A DNA stretch of 64,000 nt from contig NC_134474.1 of assembly GCF_964194025.1 (NCBI RefSeq), positions 37,262,001 through 37,326,000 of the forward strand. The letters are read 5' to 3'. This DNA is from Convolutriloba macropyga (lineage: Eukaryota). This document shows positions 1-13,091 of the stretch, piece by piece. The position numbers were made by a program, and so were the translations under genes. Numbering within the stretch: the first letter of the stretch is position 1; each line of letters begins with the position of its first letter. The notes beneath the pieces were generated by a model, which searched no databases, was not told where the DNA came from, and saw only the letters and a list, made by a program, of their open reading frames with translations.

Positions 1-116
1 GTCATGATTTGTTCGGTTGTGATAGTTTCATATCAAGTCCCACGGGCCGCTGAGGCCTGGCCATGGCCCACGAGGCATGGCCAAACGCGCTAAATGCGCA
101 GCTCTTTAATAGTAAA

Positions 117-240
117 GTGGGGGTTTATTTCCGCGGGGGTTTATTTCCGTGGGGGTTTATTTCCGTGGGGGTTTATTTCCGTGGGGGTTTATTTCTATCT
201 AAAACGAAGTGGGTTTTTTTCCGTGAGGGTTTCTTTCCGC
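117..240. repeat. 16-bp minisatellite (GTGGGGGTTTATTTCC)n
   Basis: Five near-perfect units at 117-196 plus two degenerate units to ~240. Confidence 0.9.
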
Positions 241-639
241 AACCGATTTATTATACAGCATATAACATGTTCTATTGTGATATTTTGTTCGATTGTGTAT
301 ATTTTCTAAACGTTCGGGAAGTATATTTTCTAAACAGGATTATATTGTCTCAATTCTGATTGGCCAGTCATAAAATTTCTATATTTGGTACTTCTGCCAT
401 TTTCACTAGCGCCAGATAAACATATTATCATGACGGAATCTGTCATCCGCTGTATTATGAGATTGTTAAATCTGATTGACAAACATGCAGCTTGAATGAT
501 TCCATTTTCAATCTTTTGTCCCAATTTTTGCTCCCATTTACTGCCGTTCGATCTATTGTCCTAGAACCGAGACGACCCGGTTCGAGAAGTTATCCCCAAA
601 ATAAACAGGAAAAGCGCAGAAACAGTGTAAAAATAAGAC

Positions 640-1075
640 GGATCTTTTCAACAATTGCCCCCCCCCCCTTTGGTACCTAGTAGAGAATCGCCACCCATTC
701 TGTGCTATACTTTACCACGATATTACAAGGCCTACACTTTAGATAGCCGAATATTAGTTTAAGCGCAATTGCGGACCGCTGTTCATGGCCATGCCTCTCA
801 TGCGCTGTGGGATGTAATCCGGAAATCGCGGGTCGGTTATCGCGACGAAGCGCGCCCACCGACCCGCCAGTCGGAAATTCTTTTCGCTTTGCATTCCGGT
901 TCGACTAGTTGCCATACTACGGTGTATTTTATTCTATTCAATTTAACATAGTATGTGCATGTGTGGAAAGTTATTAGTTGTCTCTGATTGGTTAATAAAT
1001 TGCTCGCTTAAACTCTATTCAAGAATACCCCCCCCCCTTTGCAAAAGGGGGGGGGGGCAATTGTTGAAAAGATCC
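640..1075. mobile_element. Non-autonomous inverted-repeat (MITE-like) element with GGATCTTTTC termini
   Basis: GGATCTTTTCAACAATTG-polyC-TTT at 640 is mirrored by AAA-polyG-CAATTGTTGAAAAGATCC ending at 1075. Related termini occur at 13568-13736. Confidence 0.65.
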
Positions 1076-1098
1076 AATAAGACTTTTAGTTAGCTTGC

Positions 1099-1349
1099 CT
1101 AAATGTTCGCAAATTTGTAGAGCTTCCTCAGGTGAGAAACACAGATCAAAAGCCCTGTGGAATGTAACAGGCTTTCCGTGGCATTTCTGTATCAAATTGG
1201 AACACACTTCAGCATCAACCATCAATCCAGTGTTTGAGTGGTGTCCCACTTTTACTGTCTTTAAACATCCAAACACAAATCCATCAGCACCTGCAGCTAA
1301 GAACATCTCTATTGATAGCTTCATCTCTTCAACTTCTGATTGACTGTAC
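1099..1349 (-). CDS. cutC: CutC homolog, second coding exon; remaining exons lie outside the window to the left
   Basis: Acceptor TTTTTGGTATAG|G completes the split codon GA+G (Glu), giving the in-frame join GDFE-YSQSEVEEMK...GADGFVFGCL...PVTFHRAFD...EHLG, which matches CutC motifs. Similarity stops at TTAG|GCAAGC. Confidence 0.9.
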
Positions 1350-1598
1350 CTATACCAAAAATCAACTCCCATGACCAAATGCAACTTCTGTATTTAAACC
1401 AAATCACACGTCTAATTGTGAGTCTCATTAGCCGAAAAATTCAACTGAAAACGAATAATTCTAAATCAAGTATCACTCACTATTTCTGGGTTGTGAAGAA
1501 CTTCCCCTCTAACTTACTGGACTCTAGAGCATGTTAAAATGTCAAAATTTGATAATCAAAACACGTTTTGATTATCGAATTCTGACCGTTTGTCAATT

Positions 1599-2704
1599 CC
1601 CAGGTTGAGGTCCAGACCCAAATTTGCTTCTGATCAGACTTTCCAGACTGAAATTATCTCTGATCAGAATTTGCAGACGGAAATTCACCCTGATCAGACT
1701 TTCCAGACCCAAGTGACCTCTGATCAGACCTTCCAGACACAGAAGGTCTCTGACCAGACTTTTCAGACCAAAGGTGTTCTGATCAGACCATCTTCAGACC
1801 ATGGCCCAGACTCAAATTCAGACCATTGCCCAGACCTTAATCAGACTATGATCAGACTCAAATGCGCTCGAAGAGGTTATGATCAGCCCAGTTGCGCTCG
1901 AAGCAGTTATGATCAGACCCAGTTGCGCTTGCAGCTATTTATGATCAGACTGAAGTGCGCTCCAAACCAGTTCTGATCAGACTCAAGTGCGCTCGAAATA
2001 GTCTGATCAGAGACAGATTTTACTTATGAAAAAATCTCCTAATTTTGCTATAATATATTCATTTCATAAAAACTGATGTTTGCTGTATTTAATTCATCTA
2101 AAGAAAAGTCAATTTTAAAAGTATTGCTAAAGAAAACAAAACCCAACTGTTGAGAACAAATTTTATTTAGTGTACCGATTAGTTTATAATTCTGACTCAA
2201 TGGATGAAATAAGACAGCTTTCCATAAGAAACGTCGTGGTCTCCAGTTGATCAAAATTTCTTCTAAAGGGGACCGGCCTCAGCTATCTGCTGGACTCTTT
2301 TTTCTGATCAGAGCTATCGGACTTTAGATGAGTCTCTGATCCGAAAGCTGCTTTTTGGCTGCCTCTTGGCAGAGCCAAGATCTTTCCGTAAAAAAACAAA
2401 AAAATGAAAAAAAATAATGCGCTCGAAATGGTCCCCGATCAGACCAATTGCGCTCGAAGTTGCCTCTGATCAGACAAAAGTGCGCTCGAAATTTCCTCTG
2501 ATCAGACCCAATTGCGCTCGAATCCGCCTATGATCAGACTTTTCAGACCAAAATGACCTCTGATCAGACCATCTCCAGACCATGATCAGACCGTAGTGCG
2601 CTCGAACTTCCGAAAAGACCCTGTAATTTCGGTCTGGGAACACACGGGTGTGCGCTCGACTGGGTCTGATCAGAAGTCAATTTGGGTCTGGACCTCAACC
2701 TGGG
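1599..2704. mobile_element. Non-autonomous DNA transposon, EnSpm/CMC-like (CCC...GGG ends, 2-bp TSD)
   Basis: TIR CCCAGGTTGAGGTCCAGACCCAAAT / ATTTGGGTCTGGACCTCAACCTGGG, flanked by TT on both sides. Subterminal ~30-bp tandem repeats carry the palindrome TCTGATCAGA. Confidence 0.8.
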
Positions 2705-2847
2705 TTCCGTATCGTGGAAAATATCTTACGTAAACCTGTGGATGCATAAAACCATACGTATCTTTACTAAGGAGTGAGTAAAAGTCATGATGTATATTTT
2801 AAAAGTCAGAAACCTGTTCGTGTTTCTTAAAAGTCAGAAACCTGTTG

Positions 2848-3734
2848 CCCAAGTTGAGGTCCAGACCCAAATTGGTTTATGATCAGACCCAGTCGAGCGC
2901 ACACCTGTGTGTTCCCAGACCGAAATTACAGGGTCTGGAAGGAAGTTCGAGCGCATTACAGTCTGGACGATGGTCTGGAGATGGTCTGATCAGAGGTCAA
3001 TTTAGTCTGAAAAGTCTGATCATAGGCGGATTCGAGCGCACTTGGGTCTGATCAGAGCCAACTTCGAGCGCAATTGGGTCTGATCATAACCTCTTCGAGA
3101 GCACTTTTGTCTGATCAGAGGCGACTTCGACCGCAATTGGGTCTGATCATAATCTCTTCGAGCGCACTTGGGTCTGATCAGAAATGTTTTCGAACGCAAT
3201 TGGGTCTGATCAGGGACCATTTCGAGCGCATTATTTTTTTTCAATTTTTTTGCTGTTTTTACTGAGAGATGTTGGCTCTGCCGAGAGGCAGCCACAAAGC
3301 AGCGTTCTGATCAGAGACCCATCATAAGTCCGATAGCTCTGATCAGAAAAAAGGAGTCCAACTGATAGCAGGGGCCGGTCCCCATCAGAAGAGACTTTGA
3401 TCAACTGGAGACCACGATGTTTTATATGGAACGCTGTCCAAACTCATCCATTGAGTCAGAAATAAACACTAAACTGTACACTAAAATTTGTTCTCAACAG
3501 TTGGGTTTCGTTTCCTTTAGCAATACTTTTATAATTGATTTTTTCTTAGATGAATTAAATACTGCAAACATCAGTTTTTATGAAAAGAATAAATTATAGC
3601 AAAACTAGGAGTTTTTTTCATGAGTAAAGTTTTCCTCTGATCAGACTATTTCGAGCGCACTTGAGTCTGATCAGAACTGGTTAAGTCTGGAAAGTCTGAT
3701 CAGACAAACATTTGGGTCTGGAGCTCAACCTGGG
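2848..3734. mobile_element. Second copy of the same EnSpm/CMC-like element, opposite orientation, internally deleted
   Basis: Same TIRs, flanked by TG on both sides. The interior is the reverse complement of 1599-2704 but lacks most of one subterminal repeat block. Confidence 0.8.
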
Positions 3735-4553
3735 TGTTCAAATTTGTTCAAAAAGAAGTCGGTAGAGCTCAATCACTTCAAAGCGATAGGAGCATATGGC
3801 CAAAAGTCATCTCTTGCTTAGGCAAAAAATGATTCGACTGAACTGGATGAAATAAAAAATCAATCCAAAACTTCTATTTTACAACAACTTTTACCGCACG
3901 TTGCCTTTAACACTTCATGGTAAATGTGTGAGCAACAAAAAATTACCACCGGAACTCACGCAATGGTTTTAAAGTGAGCTCAACAAGAGCCTAATGCACT
4001 CCCAAAGAACGACCGGCTAAGAGACAATCTGCAAAACATAACCAACTAACGCCAGGTGAATTTCTCATACGACAGGCGAGTGGTTGGCTCTGCTTTAGGA
4101 AGGCTATCTTTAGCTTATATGAGGTAGCAAGAAAAATTGCATAAAAGACCAGCAAGACTAATATAATTGCTATTCATTGGTTTGAGAGCAACTAAAAAAG
4201 AGAGAGACGCACGGAAACCGCATGCTCAACAAAAAACTAATATTGAGCCAAATAATTTAGTGATTTTATAGCGTGTCTTCAGAAAATGAATCGCTGACAT
4301 TGTCAGAAAAAATGTGGGGGCTAAGACCGGCATTTAAAAAAATACAAGAAAAAGTTCGCATAAACTTGCGTTTTTAAAACACAAGACGCATGCAACTATA
4401 AAGGATCTCGAGTAAAATTAGGTTTCCTCGGATTGCAGCAAAGACAAATCAAGACACTCGGTTAGAGTATACACTCCAGTAAGTTCTGATCATAAGATGG
4501 AGCTTAAAATGATAGCTCAATTCTAGAGAGCATAGTCAGACTTTCGCAGTGTG

Positions 4554-4628
4554 AGCCAGATGGCTCAGTGGAGAGAGCAGGATTGTAATCATTTAAGAGA
4601 CCTTGGGGTCGCAACCCACAAAGGTCCC
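4554..4628 (+). pseudogene. Degenerate tRNA-like sequence or tRNA-derived SINE head
   Basis: A-box TGGCTCAGTGG, then AGAGCA and an anticodon-arm-like GATTGTAATC. The B-box is decayed (GGGGTCGCAACCC) and there is no intact cloverleaf. Confidence 0.4.
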
Positions 4629-7600
4629 ATAGAATAGAATCACAAGTTGGTTGCTGGACTTTGAAAACCTAATCAGAGGAATCCAGAATCCACTCAAATA
4701 ACCAGACCAAAATAAAAGACAATTTACCTCCTAAACCAGTTTACTTGATAACATTAACCAATAAAAACAGAAGAAAAAATAGCTGGAATAAAAATGTCAA
4801 AATAAAATTGCTAACTGTTTTGAAATGTGAAAAATTCAAAGTATTTGACTCTAAAATATTTGCTCTCACTATACAGTGACAGAGTTAATTTTTGGTCAAT
4901 AAACGGGTTTGCATGAATACAAAAGACAGATTTATACAAAGGAAAAAGCACAAAGTGCAAAAAAGTCAAAACCTATATGTTAATTTTTTTATACCTTTCC
5001 TCGACAAAAATATCGCCCACAGATGATTGCCCCCAAACAGCGGATTAGGCTTAAGTAATGCAAAATAAAAATACCAATAGATACAGCACTGATTTGGTGA
5101 AGTTGGTGAAAAAACAAAAAATAACTTAAAAAAAACCTTTTCAAAGCTCTTTTGCGAAGAAAATTAAAATTCGCCATCCTGTAATATAGACTTCATTTAT
5201 CAGACTAGAGCCCCTAATTGACTTTGCGAGTGTTCAGAGTAACTTTGAGCGTAAAGTTTGATTCAGAGAGTGAGCTATGTCGAATATACTCAACAAAACT
5301 GCTCTTTTGTTTGGGGCGTAAAACTAAAAAGCACCAGACGATAAATAATAATAATTTTTGGTTCCTGCGTAATGGCAGCGGAACAGCATTGGGCTACTGC
5401 GGCCTGTTCTCAGCTGCCCTATTTCTTATTATTCCCCACATTTCAGACTGTTTTTTTATGAGCAGCATTGCTCTTTTTTGGTGACTATGGCCACTTTTTT
5501 GCGTCCGAAACTTTCAAGTGGTACCATTATTGCAGCCAACATTGGTCAGGCTATGGTCAGCCTGAAGGTATGGTTAAGTAAGAAAAAACAGGACATCTCC
5601 ATATTTACAAACCCAGGTCTCAAACAAATATAAAAATTTTGCAACCAGTTCCAATAGAGGAACGCCTTCAATAGTCAACAGAGCATAGAACACGTTTTGT
5701 TTTTAAAAATGCAAAAATAATCCGAAAAGAAACAGTGGAAAAGAAAAGTCAAACTGTGACACGCAAACATTGCTGTAAAAACTCAAGAAAAAATGTATCT
5801 CTGATAATGCCTCGCGAGGAAAATATTCTCTCTGCAGAAGAGAAAATTGTTGAAACAGTGTTTCCCCTCCACTTTAAAAAAAGTTCCAAAAAGTTTCAGG
5901 CAGGTGGAACTGCTTGTGTTTCATTTTTTATTTTTCAAAATCAAAACTCTAATTTGATTTCTCGTTGAAAACTAAATTTCGAAATAAAGCGTGAAAAGAT
6001 TGTAAAAACGATAGCGCCCCAATACAACTCAAATTCGAATTGTAAAAAGTAGGAGGACAAATCCTCAACTACAAGAATACAATAAAGAACATTCATTGTC
6101 GAAACAAAAACTAGACCAAGAAAAGAATAGGAATGGATTTAAAAAACACCTTGAAAAAATTCAAGAAACTAAAAGAAAACTAAATCATAGAAATCATATG
6201 GCCGCAAGTGATGGAAATTTTAGAAAACTGCTCTTAATTTAAAATAAATATTTAAAAGTGAAGAAAAACAAAAAGCTACTAACTGACACAATTAAAGGCC
6301 TTCAATTAAATTTAATCAAATAGTATATGACACCTGTTGTTAATCGGACTAAATAACTACAACAAGAAGAAATACGCAAATCTGTATATTTGAAAAAAAA
6401 AATAAACTCGAAGTCGTCAAAAGCGTTGCATATGATCTGAACAAATGAAATAAATTCAATTTTACTTCATTGGAAAAGCAGTGAGACCTCTCGTTAACAA
6501 GGATATGACCGGACAACAAAGAAACTACGAAGAAGTTTAACACTAAATCTTTTAAATACTGTCAAGAATTGGTAAACAGTTTTGCACGACTTTAAAACTT
6601 CAAGTGTTTCCATATATGAGCAATTAGAGAGCCCTTGGGAACTGTCATTTGCAAGACTGAGTCACAGGAAAAAAGTTACAAAAAGGCACAAAACTGAAAA
6701 AGCCAGATTTTTTGCAAGCACTTATTGCGAAAGTCGATACTAACATTAGATATGTTTGAAACAATAATTGAAAAAAGGGTCAAACTCAAAAAGTCACTAA
6801 TAACTTTTGACGACAAATTTTGCCGAAAAGGTTAAAACACGTCAAATGTAATACGAAACAAATAACGTAAAATACGCCACGACAGAGTGCCAATCTGACC
6901 ATTCATTAATGACACTGAGAGAGGTAAGACAAACAAAAGAGCTATAAAAACAACTAAAATCAAAAAATCAAAATTTTTATGAGATCAAATAATGTTAGAG
7001 ATCAACTATGACATGTGCCTCTTTCAAAAAGAATTAGTGAAAAAAGTGAGAAAAACAGCGCAAAGAGAACTCAAATTGCTGCGCCTAAAAAAATTCTATT
7101 AAAAACCAAAAATATTGTTCTCCCCTTCCACTTTAGAAGTAGTTTGAAAAAATTTTACGCTTTTACGCTAGTGGAACTAATTGCTCTTCAGTTTTGCATT
7201 ACTCCAAAATTGTAATCTCTAATTTGACTCCTCATTGAACACAAGATCTCGCAAGAGTTTGAACAAATCGTAAAAGAGTCCCTGCCCCAAGGCAATTCCT
7301 ATTCCTTGAATTGCAGAAAGTAGCAGGACAAGCCCTATCTACAATTTGAAGAATATTCATTTTTAAAAAAATAATTAGACAAAAAATACTAGGAATGGGA
7401 TTGAAAAACGAGTTTAAAACAAAAACTCGATAAAACTCAAAAAACGCAAATATACTGCTGCAAATTAAAAAAAACATAGCCAGCAGATTGCTGGAAAATA
7501 GCCGCGATAGACGCTGGCGGCCTTTCATGACATGAAAGAACTAAAGAAACAAGATTGACAGATCGACCACCAGTCCTTTAAGAGACCACTAGTCTTTTTG

Positions 7601-10600
7601 GGTTAGTTCGGACTGTCAATTTCACGACACATGTGGTCTATGAGGAAAACCATAAACAGGTTTTTCAAAACTGATATTCGAAATCAAAAACTCAAGACTA
7701 ATAGTCACGAATTAGGGCATATAAATTTGGCACTACTTAGATGCACACTAATGATCTTTAAATAGTACATGTTCAAAAAATTCAAAGTTTCATAAGGAGT
7801 TTACCAGTCATTTTTTTACTGAGGTAAGTCACACAACTGACCTAAAAGCAGAAATGACGGCACGCACACAAATTTTATCTGAAAAGCAGTGGAAGTCAGT
7901 GAAGTCATTGAAAAAGTCAATTCCAAGAAGTCAGGTCATAAGAATCATCGATGGAGACGACGAAGTAAAAAACATAGCATGACAAGTCCTGAAATACAAT
8001 CCAAAAAATTGTATTAATTTATGACCTAACAATCATTTACTCCGCTTTAAAAGGCAAATGAGAGCTTTTAGTAATGAGACTAAGCAATAAAACAACACCA
8101 GAACACGAAAAACAAGATTAAAAATTCAACTTTTTGTTTTGAAGACAGGATCAACATCAAAGAACAACTGCTAGGAACTCAAACTGCCAACTATATCCCT
8201 CTATTTCTCATTAGCAAACTGTCGATAAATGTCGATGAGTCTTCTCACTAATTATACTGAATGATACGAAAATAACCAAAAATCGCAATAAAACTCGTTG
8301 AAACTTTTTGAAAACAGTTAGTATAAATGGCACAGAACGCAACAGCTACTGAAGCATACAACAACATCAATTTATTGAGTCCTCAATGACCACTGTCGTG
8401 ACCCCTGTCATCAATGATATTAAGTGAAGGTACAACAAATACTAGCAAAAATAAAAAAAATCACTAAGTTTTGTAAAAAAACGAACAAACGTATAAGTAA
8501 CAAAAAGCAATAGCTGTAAATTGAAACGACTTGCTTTAATTGAAGCCTTTTCAGCAACCAATGAGACTAAGTTAAGACGACAAAGTCGAAAAGAAAAACT
8601 AGCAAAACTCGGAAAATTCGATAATTATTATTGATAACAAATAGTGTCAAACTCATAGAAAGTACTAGCTTTGAACAAAAACAAATAAATTGATTTACAT
8701 AACCCCTATTGGTAGCATCAGAGACCAGTCCTCAATGAGATTAAATGATATGCAATCAAAAAGTCCTATAAATACTTGGAGAAGTCAAAAAATCACTCAA
8801 AATTTTTGAACAAAGTGGTGTCAAAGTGATGAAAACCACTAGCTATTAACCCGAGCCATTAATCATGTTCTTTTGTGTCTCATTGGCAACCAATCAGACC
8901 TGCCATTGATGATACTAAGTGAAAAGACAACAGATAATTTTTAAAATAGGGGCAAAATATAAAATTCACCAATACTTTATGACAACAAATAGTGGCGAAG
9001 TCATAAATTGATTTAGCTGCCCCTTATTGAACTCAAGCAAAGCGAAATAAGCACAATTAGCACACATTGGTACCGTTTTAAAAGCACTGAAGGAGAGGAA
9101 ACTCTGAAAACAGAAGTCAAATTGAGGCACCTGAAAAAATCCATCTCAAAATCCGCCAAATTGTTCGAACACCAATTTCTCACTCCGTTTTAAAGGTATT
9201 TTGAAAAAAGTCACGCCTCAATCCTACTCGATTTTTTGCTGACTTTACTATTTCAGTGTGGCCAAAATCGCCACTCTAATTTGACTTCTCACTGACATGA
9301 AAAAGCCAAAAAAAGCGTGAACAGATCTTTAAAAAAAAACAGCGCACCAATAAAATTCAAATTCTTTGAATTGTAAAAACCACGACGTCCCCAATAATAG
9401 ACGCTTTAGCTTCGCAGCTACTAAAAAAAAACGATTGAAAAAGACAAATTTTGCTCAATCTCCGTTTTCTTACTCTACCTAAATTTCTTAAGAACATTTT
9501 TCACAACGCAAAGCCACTCAATTTTTTTTTGCTTCAATTCCTGATAGCGCGCAACCAAATTCACAAAATTAACTCAAATTTGACATCATAGTTCATTTAA
9601 AACCACAAAAAGATCTTCAAAACCGACAGCCCATCAAAACAAATTCTATGAACAATAAAAAACAAAGTACCGCAATATAGCAAGGCGCATTGTCGTACCG
9701 TAAAAATTCAAACAAGAATTACAAGTCACCGCAAAACCAACAAGAACTGTACTAATTATAATCAACAACATTCCTCATAGACTCTAAAATCCTGAAAAAA
9801 GCGCGATAATTATGGATAGATAATCATAGAACAAAACGGTCTTCTGAAAATATTGCCCGCGTTAAGTTTCAAAAACATTGAAGTTGAAACTTTTGATAAA
9901 TTCTAGCTACCATCATCTCTACTATTCGTTAGATTGAATGGCTCAAAAGTTTGCTAAATTTATTTTTGAAAAAACTTCGAAGCATTTTCAAAACAAATGG
10001 TTTTCCTCAAATATTTCGAAAACAATGTTTTGCAATTTTTACCTCGGAAATTTTGAATAAAAATATCTGCAAAAATAAGCCAAGCACCACCGTAATTTGC
10101 TTTGGAAAAAAAGGAATACCTCAATCAAAAACTCGCTAAAAACTTGCTAAAAAATTTTAATGTTTTTTTCTCGTTTAACCTCGAAAACTTAAAAAAAATA
10201 CTTTCTGAACTGTGATTCGAGATTATCGTATATTTTAATCAAGTACATCCGATCCAAAATATAGCTATTTAAGCTTATTATCTGTGAAAATAAAAGTTTC
10301 TATTTTGAAGTTTTCTAGAAGTTTCTAGAAAATTCTTGAATGTAACAAACAATCTAAAATTTTAATTGTCGTTTTAAATTACCTTTGGCAACTGTGACGG
10401 CCTTGAAGTTACTTGGTGTAATATTTAGGAAAGATATAGGGCATTGGGTATTTGACTTAAATTCAAAATTTTTGCTTAAATCTTGTACTAATACGGTGTG
10501 CCAATTTTGCATTTTATGAGTTAATGTTTAAAAAAAACTCTATGGTTCCATCAAAAAAGTTTTGTCATTCTGACTTTGTAAATTGAAGATCCTCCCAATT

Positions 10601-11059
10601 GAAGTTCAAAATTTATGTTTTTAGTGCGCCCAATAAAATGAGTGAATTGATAGCTTGGATAGCAGGCACACTCTTTAAGCATGAATTATACTATAGGGGC
10701 TGAGCTGACAAAAATGGACTTTTCTGCCATTTTCTTTTGGGCAATTATGATAACCCCCAAAATTTTTGAGTCCAAAAAACATCCTTTCAAGCAAGGGACC
10801 TTTCCATTCAAAAATTTGCTTTGGCCCCCGCGCGTTGTGTTTGAGATATTTGGAAAATACCCACTTGAGCGATATGACACTTAAGTACCAACATGCGCAA
10901 AATAGAAAACAGTCATGCCGTCAATAAGGCTTTTGCTTAGCTGCGTTGAGTAGTCCATGCAAAGCCAACAAGCATGTATAATGAAAATTTAATAAAAAAG
11001 CTTCGAAGTCCGTGCAACTAAAAATAATCCAAAATGCTCCGAAAAGTACATTTACTCAA

Positions 11060-11480
11060 AACATCACACTAACGTCGTGTGAGCTGCTCTCAAACGAATG
11101 GCTCGCGGTTGGCTTTTTTGAGATGCTTGAGAAGGCTGGATGAGGGGGATCCAGGCGCGTGTCGAGACGGGGTAACTGAGGAGGCGTGTGACTGAGGGGG
11201 TGGTCAAATTTTTAAGATTAAGAACCGTTCTTCATACCATGAAATTGCCTCCTCAAATTGTCTCCTCCACGGAATCGCATAATAAGAGACTAGTCAGACG
11301 TAAGCTTTAAGAGAGCTTTTCAGGACATTAATGCCCGCCGAGTTTTACCTGTTCATCCCATTTTTTGAGAACGAAAAGTTATGAGGGTCAGACGAAAAAT
11401 CTGTCAAGCACAAAAATTGCATAAGCCCACGGGACTAATATAACTGCTATAATTATATTTTGGAGAAATTACTAATATGT
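11060..11480. repeat. Old interspersed repeat family (fragments also at ~45255-45375, 46330-46510, 56225-56345, 56940-57220)
   Basis: Shared motifs CTAACGT..GCGAATTGCTCTCAAACGA, TACCTGTTTATCCC.TTTTT, GGGTCAGACGAAAAATC and GGGACTAATATAA.TGCTA. Confidence 0.65.
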
Positions 11481-11828
11481 CGCAAACCACTTCGGTCGCT
11501 AAAATTTAATGAATGTTAAATGAACTCTTTGGATAAGCTACCTTTCTCGCTTTCTTTGAAAACCTGTATGAACAAAATCATTACTCTCTTCTCGTGCTCA
11601 TCATTCGTTCAAAAGATTAAATGCAATGGCTACACGTGCGGCATTTGGACTGTTTATCATGTGAAAAATCGAAAGAACACGCCCTCATTTTATCGACATG
11701 CCTATTAGTATTCAACAATGTGGTTTTCTAGCGAAAGGCAAACTTTATTCTGTTTTCATTCAATCCGAAAACTATGAAAGAGATCGTGCTAACATGGCAA
11801 AACATGATTTAACAGTCATTTCTCTTAC

Positions 11829-12019
11829 TCGAAATCCCCTTCTCTTGGGCGAATCATGACAAACAGGGGAATGTGTGGGTATTTCAATTTAGTTAATCTG
11901 AACAAGGCCAGTGTTGGAGTCAATCCACCCAATGACAACGCAGAACATAGCTCTATCCTTGCTGCACCCGCCTCACAAGCATTCTTAACAGACTCAATAG
12001 AGTCCACACAGATCTCCAT
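11829..12019 (-). CDS. cutC: Copper homeostasis protein CutC homolog, first coding exon
   Basis: Translates MEICVDSIESVKNACEAGAARIELCSALSLGGLTPT...PLFVMIRPREGDF, the CutC N-terminal signature (EICVDS, RIELCS, GGLTP, MIRPRxGDF). It ends at a canonical donor TTCGA|GTAAGA (phase 2). Confidence 0.93.
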
Positions 12020-12227
12020 TCAGATGCTTCATTGGAATCGGAAAAAAATTGTTTCCCCAAGGAATAGTTTAGTTTATTTGAGATCAATTGATCCGTTTAA
12101 TCAGTCTTGCAAGGTAAGTAAACACAAAGATTAAACCTAAACTGACTAACGTCAGACGAATTGTTTTCGAACGACAGACGGGCAATTCAATTCAAAGGGG
12201 TGTGAAGCCTAGATAACTTTATGGGTG

Positions 12228-12285
12228 CAAGAAGGGTTCGAACCCGCGACCTCCCGCAAGAGGGGTTCAAACCAGCAACTTCCCG
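12228..12285 (-). repeat. Tandemly duplicated ~29-bp tRNA T-arm/B-box-like fragment
   Basis: CAAGAAGGGTTCGAACCCGCGACCTCCCG followed by CAAGAGGGGTTCAAACCAGCAACTTCCCG. The minus strand reads GGTCGCGGGTTCGAACCC. Confidence 0.45.
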
Positions 12286-12906
12286 ATTGGCAGTAGTCTA
12301 TGGCCTAAAGAAAATTATGCATAAAAAGACGCGCAGGTTTACAATAATTGCGTTTCAAACTTTCTTCGATATCAATTAATTGTGATTGTTTCCTAAATTG
12401 TTACAAATTTTATTACAAATTGTTTCCTTTTATTACAAGTTTATATACTATGCACAGCGCATCCACTCTCACGCACGAAACGGGTGAGCTTAAAATATTT
12501 TTTCTCTCTTCGCTTCTCTCGTCCTGAAAAATAACACTTTCCAAATAAAAGATTTTAATTAAATCATACAGAAGAGGGAACATTAAATATGTTAATCACG
12601 CAAGGACAAACAGAACTCATTAAAAATTACATAGAACAAACTAATACAAGAATTGCGTTCATTCATAATTTGCTTGCGCTCATTCAATGTAGGTTGTAGT
12701 TTGAGTTTATGTATTTTTTTAGGTAACAATAGGAATAATGACACAGGTAGACACTTAGGTAGACTATTAGCCGAAGATATCACATTTGTGAGGTGCTACA
12801 CGAGAGAATCTCGTGTAGCACCCCAATTTCACAGATAGTGAGGGTGAGCTCGAGTAATTGCGTCAGTTATCCAGAAGTACTTCAATGTGCATGATAGTGG
12901 AAAACT

Positions 12907-13091
12907 TTAATATGAATTGACTGCAGAGTGCTGGGTGTTACTGGGTCTGATGGAGTTGGTAAGAAATCTGTCGGGAATGTGCCACCCTCGCAGCAGCTCA
13001 TCTTCAACATGTGCGAATTCGTGACTCACAATCTCGAGAGATTCCCATTCCGATTTGAACAGTTTGTTCATGTCTTGACCCTGCTGCACAC
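12907..13091 (-). CDS. EMC3: ER membrane protein complex subunit 3 (EMC3/TMEM111) homolog, terminal coding exon
   Basis: Strong acceptor GTTTTTTTTTCAG|GT followed by VQQGQDMNKLFKSEWESLEIVSHEFAHVEDELL, resembling the EMC3 C-terminus (recalled human: [30 protein letters not shown]). TAA stop at 12909-12907. Confidence 0.85.

Noticed and set aside
330-524. Candidate CutC exon 3
   Set aside because: It lacks the expected RxLTSG and PGGG motifs, and part of it resembles repeat sequence near 57475-57550.
1590-1976. 128-aa ORF with SDQTFQT repeats, and CTGA/TGAT words as snoRNA boxes
   Set aside because: This is a translation of transposon subterminal repeats. The TCTGATCAGA palindromes have no box C partner or rRNA guide.
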